Notes under the pieces: generated by a model
What the model was told of the DNA's origin: nothing
The model's database searches: none
Seen by the model: the letters and a program-made list of their open reading frames with translations, nothing else
Program-made: the position numbers and the translations under genes
Source: Octopus vulgaris
Lineage: Eukaryota
Direction of reading: 5' to 3'
DNA length: 64,000 bases
Assembly: GCA_951406725.2 (NCBI GenBank)
Contig: OX597836.1
Coordinates: 36,270,001-36,334,000, forward strand
Shown: in pieces, positions 56,579-64,000 of the stretch
Layout: the number at the start of each line of letters is the position of its first letter
Numbering within the stretch: the first letter of the stretch is position 1

Positions 56579-57082
56579 TTTTCTATATGAATATATATAA
56601 TACTGTAAAACGCACGTGACCTAGGGGTTAAAATTTCTCATCTCATGACCGTAACATTATGCAATTTCCGAAACTGAAAGCATGTTGCGTCCTTGAGTAA
56701 CGCACTTTATTTTCGTTGCTCCAGTTTACTTTCACCTTACTCAGTGGTAAGAATTAACGGCGAAATTGAACGGCACTGCTCTCTATCTCCGGCTGACATA
56801 TATTGGATGTTCAACTGGCCCATGAGTGAGGGGTCTAATGGTAAGTTTCTATTCGCAACTACACAAGCAGCTAAACAAGTGTGAAATAAATATTACTAGG
56901 CTATACTCGTAACTGTATAGAATTTTGCAAAGTCATAATTTGAACTTGGCACAGGGGAGTTTGAACTATGGCACGTAGTGAGTCGGACAAAATACCGTAA
57001 ATAATTTTGTCCGACCTTCTAACATTGCACAAGGAAATACAATGAATCCGTTTGTAGAACTCATATATATCAAGATCAAGTT

Positions 57083-57424
57083 TTACTCACCTCCTTATGA
57101 GAGCTCAAAATCTCTCGTGGAAGCGTCATCCAACCAAAATGCAAATATATGGCAAACTACCACCTGTGTCATCTGTGAAAGGTAGGAGAGTCCAGTTTGC
57201 TGGACATTGTTGTAGAGCTGAAAACGAAGTAATTTCTACTCTTCTCGTCAGGAAGCCATCTACTCACAATACCAGAGGGCGCACACTCTCCTACCCTGAT
57301 GTAATCTCCAGGGATACAGGCATCCAGCAACAGGACCTCCGTAATGCTATGAAGGACCGTGAAGGTCTGGCGTAGCATGGTAAATTCCATTGTCTCGACC
57401 ACGGTCGAACAATGATGATGATGA
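57083..57424 (+). mobile_element. RTE-clade LINE 3' end
   Basis: LLMRAQNLSWKRHPTKMQIYGKLPPVSSVKGRRVQFAGHCCR..DTGIQQQDLRNAMKDR; (GAT)n tail. Confidence 0.88.
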
Positions 57425-57486
57425 TTTACTCATTGCGTGTTGATATGGGGCTAAAAAGCACCAACAATTATGTAAGGGACAATGAA

Positions 57487-58095
57487 AGCGGAGTGCTTGC
57501 ATAAACGTCAATATGCCGAACAAATTGCTTAGCGGCATTTCATCCGTCTTTATGCTCTGAATTCCATAACCACGCCATGTCGAATTTGCTTTTCATCCTT
57601 TCGGGGTTGAGAAAAGCGGACTGGAAGCATTACGTCGGTTACGACGACGAGGGTTCCGGTTGATCCGAATCAACCGAACAGCCTGCTCGTGAAATTAACG
57701 TGTAAGTGGCTGAGCACTCCACAGACACGTGCACACTTAACATAGTTCTCGGGGATATTCATCGTGACACAGAGAGTGACAAGGCCGGCCCTTTGAAATA
57801 CAGGTACAACAGAAACAGGAAGTAAGAGTGAGAGAAAGTTGTGGCGAAAGAGTACAGCAGGGATCACCACCATCCCCTGCCCGAGCCTCGTGGAGCTTTT
57901 AGGTGTTTTCGCTCAATAAACACTCACAATGCCCGGTCTGGGAATCGAAACCGCGATCCTACGACCGCGAGTCCACTGCCCTAACCACTGGGCCATTGCG
58001 CCTCCACGGTTGAGGAAAGTAAGTATCAGTTGAACACATGTAATCGACTTACCCGCTTCCCCGGAATTGCTTGCCTTGTTCCAAAATTTGGAACC
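57487..58095 (+). mobile_element. Old SINE family B interrupted by SINE C
   Basis: B core to 57616, resumes at 58020. Confidence 0.65.
57617..58007 (-). mobile_element. SINE family C, tail type 4, with 12-bp TSD
   Basis: TSD ggttgag(a/g)aaag at 57605-57616 and 58008-58019. Confidence 0.9.
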
Positions 58096-58188
58096 AGCAA
58101 TGGAAGAGGCAGTGACTTTGACAAAAACGTTAGAGCTGTCCAATAAACTGCTTCGTTGTGCGAATGCAAATCCGACCCAGACCTAGAT

Positions 58189-58496
58189 TTGTTGCTTGTT
58201 CCTTCTCGAGCAATGCCTGACTCATAAGGGCCGGTTTCCCGGTTACCTTGGCGTATAGGTTCCCCACCTGGACGGGACGCCGGCCCATCGCAGGTGAGCT
58301 GCAAGATGCAGGAGGAAAGAGCGAGAGAAAGTTGTGGCGAAAGAGTCAGCGGAAGTTTCGCCATTACCTTCTGCCGGAGCCGCGTGGAGCTTAGGTGTTT
58401 CGCTCATAAACATACACATCGTCCGGTCTGAGATTCGAACCCTCGATCCCTCGACCGCGAGTCCGCTGCTCTAACTACTAGGCCATGTGCCTCCAC
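58189..58496 (-). mobile_element. SINE family C variant head, tail type 2
   Basis: Matches the copies at 50234 and 60903. Confidence 0.9.
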
Positions 58497-59588
58497 AGAC
58501 CAAGATTTCCTTGCGACAAAAAGATGTACTATGTCAGGAAGGTAAAAATGAAGTGATTGTAAGCATGCAGGATCGGACGCATCATTACGTCCGGAGTTCA
58601 AATCTTGCCTTTGGATGATTGATTTTATAGTTCACTAGAGCCGATTCAAAGCCACCAACTACTACATTGGAGGATACTATTGCTAAGATTCTGGTAGCTC
58701 TCTGGTTAGTGATTGCCTTCCTCTGCCCTTCTCATTAGTTGTGACAGCCTTATAAAAAACCAGTATCATCGCCTTCCTTCTGGCACAAAATTAAAATAGT
58801 AAAACTATAAACAAGTCCATTCTACACTCTGTTTCAATCCGAATCAATAAGACATTGAAATATATACAATAAATCCGTTTCTACAATTTATATATCAACG
58901 TCATGATTTCAGTTATAAATGGCGTGTCGAAACAGAATCATCAAAAGATTAATTGATAATTGACATTTAATAACATTTATCGTAGATTATAGTGAAAGAT
59001 AATCGTTTCCCTATGTAAGTAGAGGGTAATGCTAAGGAGGAGTGCTATTGTTCTTCTTCGTCATCACGAGAGAAATTGTGCGCGCACATGAATGAGCAAA
59101 TATCCGTGGAATATATTTGAATTACTTATGATGTGGACTCACACACACACACACATACACACACACACACACACAAAGACACACGCTCACACAAAGACAC
59201 ACGCACACACACACACGGGCATACACACAGATGCATACATACATACATATATATATATATATAGATAAATGCATACGTACATATATCCATGCATAATTAT
59301 AAAGTGAGCCACAAACTATTTTAATGATAAACTATGCGTAGTGTATTCAGCACTCATCTCTTTCGTTTCTATACCTATGCGTTTATGTGCGTGAGCAATT
59401 GAGAGGTCCTGAGTCTGTTCCGCTGGTTATATTTAAATTTTCTCACAATTAGAGAAAATACTAATATCCAATCCGTCCATTAGAATTTGGAAATCAGGCA
59501 GATAATCATGTATTGTAACAGTATATGTACGTATATATCTATATACGTATATACGTGTATATATGCATTTGCGTGTGTGTATGTATAT

Positions 59589-59620
<32 letters not shown>

Positions 59621-59648
59621 GTATATATGTGTGTGTGTGTATATAGTG

Positions 59649-59876
59649 TTCACCGTGACCGACCAGACAATCAGATGTTGCTACACATCGCTGGTCACAA
59701 TGCGCTTGGCATTGTTTTAGCATTCAAATGACCGCTGGCTAAGCGAGCAGGCCAACAGAAGAAAGAGGGAGAGAAAGTTGTGGCGAAACATTCACGTCGC
59801 CCCGCCCAGTCTGGGAATCGAAACCACGATCCTACGACCGCGAGTCCGCTGCCCTAACCACTGGGCCATCGCGCCT

Positions 59877-59880
<4 letters not shown>
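59649..59880 (-). mobile_element. SINE family C, tail type 1, internally deleted
   Basis: C head and type 1 tail with part of the body missing. Confidence 0.85.
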
Positions 59881-59946
<66 letters not shown>

Positions 59947-60902
59947 TTCTCTGTGTGTGTACATATGTGGATATGTTTATACATGTATATATATGTATGC
60001 ATTACATACATACATCAATACATATATACACACACTTGTATAAATATATATGTGTGTGTATATGTCTGGGCGCATGTATGTATACTATCATACATGTCAT
60101 TGCTTGTTTGGAAACGCTTTGGTTTCCGTGTGTCTACATTTAATTACGTTGAAGATATAATTATGCAGTACATAAACGTTGTATGTAAATGCAGTTATTA
60201 CGATCTAAACTTCGAGAATGATTTACAAATTTCTTTAGTTCCAGTAATAATGGCCTGCGATTGCAATTTCCTAACTAGCGGTGACATTTCATGTTTAGTG
60301 AAGCCTAGCTAGCTTTAAAAGATTGTTTCGAATGCAGTTAACTCCATATCCAAATACCCTGTAAATTACCAGTATTATAACTCGAAAGCTATAAATCTGG
60401 TCGGGGTGTCTGCTGAAATCTCATTAATTCACTATGGACGTTTTCTATTTCAATAAATTTGAGCACTGTGTCAACATCTGCTTGGCAACTGATTTCCACG
60501 TCTTCACCTACTTTCTTTTTTCTGTCTCGCATCTGGACCATTTTGCATATATTTTGCTGAGGCTTTTTCGATAAATTTTGTATCAACATCATTTTATTTT
60601 ATGAGTCTGTGCATTCATAGCATTGCTATTCCTAGCGCTTTTATCCTCAGAACTGTACACTACATCGATTACAACGTACAAATACTATCGTCACGTTTAT
60701 TTTTCAGGAAGCAGCCTATATTCTTTTGTTGGTTCCACACTTGAGACGTAAGTAGAATGTGTGTCGCTCGTGGCAGCCATCTATTTGCACACTTCCACCC
60801 GCAAACACAAACTATACATGTTTATACAGAACCAAATGGGCCACGCTGAGAATTGCATCATGCGAAGCAGACCATCCTCTACCATCCCGGGCATGGTACT
60901 GC

Positions 60903-61190
60903 TCCTTCCTTCTCAAGCCAAGCCTGGCTCATAAGGGCCGGTTTCTTGGTTTCCTTGGCGTATAGGTTCCCCACCTGGACGTGACGCCGGTCCGTCGCAG
61001 GTGAGCTACATGATGCAGGAGGAAAGAGTGAGAGGAAGTTGTGGTGAAAGAGTCAGCAAAAGTTCGCCATTACCTTCTGCCGGAGTCACGTGGACCTTAG
61101 GTGTTTCGCTCATAAACACACACATCGTCCGGTCTGAGATTCGAATCCGCGATCCCTTGACCGCGAGTCCGCTGCTCTAACCACAAGGCC
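60903..61190 (-). mobile_element. SINE family C variant head, tail type 2
   Basis: Matches 58189-58496. Confidence 0.9.
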
Positions 61191-61260
61191 AGAGTCAGAA
61201 TCTGTTGTCGTATCATGCTTCTTTGTCCATGTCTTTACGTGGTTATTATTTTTTGTTACT

Positions 61261-61470
61261 CAGGCGGTGAGCTGACAGAATCGTCAGCACAGCGGGCAAG
61301 ATACTCAGCCGCATTTCGACCATCTTAACGTTCTGAGTTCAAATTCCGCCGAGGTCGACTTTGCCTTTCATCCTTATACTGTCGATGAAATAATTACGAG
61401 TTACGTACTGAGATCGATATAATCGACTCGCCCCTCCCCCGCCAGAAATTTCCAGGCATTGTGCCGTCTG
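61261..61470 (+). mobile_element. SINE family B, alternative 3' end
   Basis: B head and core plus ccctcccccgccagaaatttccaggcattgtg tail. Confidence 0.82.
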
Positions 61471-62235
61471 ATGTAAGGTTTATTTGCTTTCCTATAGTAC
61501 AAATGTCCCTCTCTTAAAATAAAATCATTGTTGGTCAAAACGTGACCAGTTTTATGATATAGTTTACTGTGAACATGAAGCATTCTGGCGACATAGTCAT
61601 TCAGGAATTTCTACTGATATACATATACATTTTCATCTGATGACTTATGAATCAATCTCAGAGTATAACTTCTTGGTCAGTAGTCAGAAACTCGTATCTG
61701 ATTTCCATGATCCATGATGGCATATCAATGCTTGGCTGTTTGTAGATGTTGTATGAGGGGCATAATGAGGCATTCAAACGGTATTTGAATCAGTGTTTTC
61801 ACTTTATGTAGAAGCTGTTGCTATCACTATTGATATAGTAGTGTAGCAATAGTGTGGGATGTCTGAAGAGACCCTTGGTTTTGCCGCCCTTCCTCACGCA
61901 CCCCTTATATTGCAGTCCTTAAAATGCCGTCTCCATAAAAGCATCGCCGTGGGTGGGCCGTCCACCTCACACATTCGCTAAATCTGCTTTCGTGCTGATG
62001 TTGAAAATTCTTGTTTCAGCAACCGCTTTCGGATTTGAAAGTCGACTATCCGTATTTATGTGTGAAAATCTACGTCTGTGTATGTATATGTGTGTATATG
62101 CGTGTTTTATGTGCATGTTGCCTGTTCATATAAATGTAATGGGCTGGGCTGTTCAGTTTCACTTGACGCCGCATCGGTGATTGGTTAAGCAGTACGTGAC
62201 CAACTCCCAACGTACCGGTTGTATCATCAGTAGCT

Positions 62236-62655
62236 AAGGCGGCGAGTTGGCAGAAACGTTAGCATGCCGAGCGAAATGCGTAGCAGTATTTCGACTGCCG
62301 CTACGTTCTGAGTTCAAATTCCACCGAGGTCGACTTTGCCTTTCATCCTTTCGGGGTCGATAAATTAAGTATCAGTCACGCACTCAGGTCGATGTAATCG
62401 ACTTAATCCGTCTGTCTGTCCTTGTTTGTCCTCTCTGTGTTTAGCCCCTTGTGGGTAATAAAGAAATAGGTATTTCGTTTGCCGTTACGTTCTGAGTTCC
62501 AATTCTGCCGAGGTCGACTTTGCCTTTCATCCTTTCGGGATCGATAAATTAAGTTCCATTTACACGCTGGAGTCGATGTAATCGACTTAATCCGTTTGTC
62601 TCTCCTTGTTTGTCCCCTCTGTGTTTAGCCCCTTGTGAGCAGTAAAGAAATAGGT
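62236..62655 (+). mobile_element. SINE family B dimer with TSD
   Basis: 184-bp period; TSD catca(g/t)tagct on both sides of the dimer. Confidence 0.92.
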
Positions 62656-62882
62656 AACATCATTAGCTGCCATACGAGCTTGGGTCAACCCAGTCCCTGC
62701 CAATATATATGTGAATAAGGAAACCTGACGATGGGACTGAACATAAAATTCAAATGTACAGCCTTGGAACAATGTGCAACAATGATTCCTCCTGGGCAGT
62801 AATAACTAGTTGTCTACATGATGTCATACATTTGGTTAGAATACATATTACTCGTCGTCGTAAGTGACGGCGATCCATTTAC

Positions 62883-63098
62883 TTATTCTTTTATTTGTTT
62901 CAGTCATTTGACTGTGGCCATGCTGGAGCACCGCCTTTAGTCGAGCAAATCGAGCCCAGGGCTTATTCTTTGAAAGCCTAGTACTTATTCCATCGGTCGC
63001 TCGCTCTTGCCGAACCGCTAAGTGACGGGGATGTAAACACACCAGCATCGTTGTCAAGTGATGTTGGGAGGATAAACACAGACACACAAACACACCCA

Positions 63099-63148
<50 letters not shown>

Positions 63149-63198
63149 CGACGCGCTTTTTTCAGTTTCCGACTACCAAATCCACTCACAAGACTTTG
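62883..63198 (-). mobile_element. SINE family A, head-less
   Basis: Reverse copy truncated at cactcacaag. Confidence 0.9.
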
Positions 63199-63215
63199 TT
63201 TTATACACATTTTTA

Positions 63216-63388
63216 GCAGGAGTGGCTATGTGGTAGGTAGCTTGCTTACCAACCACATGGTTCCGGGTTCAGTCCCACTGCGTGGCACCTTGGGCAAGTG
63301 TCTTCTACTATAGCCTCGGGCCGAATAAAGCCTTGTGAGTGGATTTGGTAGACGGAAACCGAAAGAAGCCCGTCATATATATGTATAA

Positions 63389-63444
<56 letters not shown>

Positions 63445-63660
63445 TTTTGTGTATCTGTGTTTGTCCCCCCAACATCGCTTGGAAACTGATGCCGGTGTGT
63501 TTACGTCCCCGTAACTTAGCGGTTCGGCAAAAATGACCGATAGAATAAGTACTAGGCTTACGAGTAATAAGTCCTGGGGTCGATTTGCTCGACTAAAGGC
63601 GGTGCTCCAGCATGGCCGCAGTCAAATGACTGAAACAAGTAAGAGAGAGAGAGTAAAGAA
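63216..63660 (+). mobile_element. SINE family A, full length
   Basis: gcaggagtggctatgtggt...gggttcagtccc...ctgaaacaagtaagag. Confidence 0.93.
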
Positions 63661-64000
63661 TATTAATTCCTTAGTTATTCCCTGGTCTTAAGAAATATCA
63701 TAAGCGGATTGGTGTTAAGGCAGTTATTTACATAGCTAAGTGCCTCATTTATGAGACAAGAATTATACTTATGGTGTAGCCACATGATTTAGTCACAGAT
63801 GTTTCTTCTTCCTTCTCACATATCCTTAACCTTATATTTAAGCAGCTCTTCGATATAAGACATCTTCTAATCTACACACTTTCTTTTTGCTGTTTCCTGG
63901 TTCATGTTCACTGAACTTTAGTGAAACTTTCACTGAGATTTAGACACGGATATTAATATTCTATCAATATTCTTTAGTATTAATGTTGAATATGCTATAT

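Noticed and set aside
60389-60592. 67-aa ORF in unique-looking sequence
   Set aside because: No recognisable domain or splice context
61635-61700. CTGATGA...GAAAC motif
   Set aside because: No stem I pairing and the stem II register overlaps the core

Overview
AT-rich eukaryotic non-coding DNA (intron or intergenic), most likely from an octopus, judged by the recurring tRNA-derived SINE families and extreme (AT)n/(GT)n/(AAT)n microsatellite load. No host protein-coding gene is supported; most listed ORFs are microsatellite or SINE read-throughs. The window holds about 40 copies of four tRNA-headed SINE families (labelled A-D here), a 38-48 kb cluster of decayed R4/Dong-like non-LTR elements abutting (TAA)n tracts, RTE-clade LINE 3' ends, several mariner/Tc1 fossils, MITEs and a non-autonomous Helitron. 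The most notable signal is a set of at least six unrelated short elements carrying minimal type-I hammerhead-ribozyme motifs (Penelope-like/retrozyme type). These mostly sit in or beside (TA)n tracts, and three are built as inverted repeats that duplicate the ribozyme's 3' half. Other points: a SINE with one head and four alternative tails, SINE-B dimers with an identical 184-bp period at two loci, and candidate RFX X-box and paired-CRE sites. Coordinates were read by eye and may be off by several bases.
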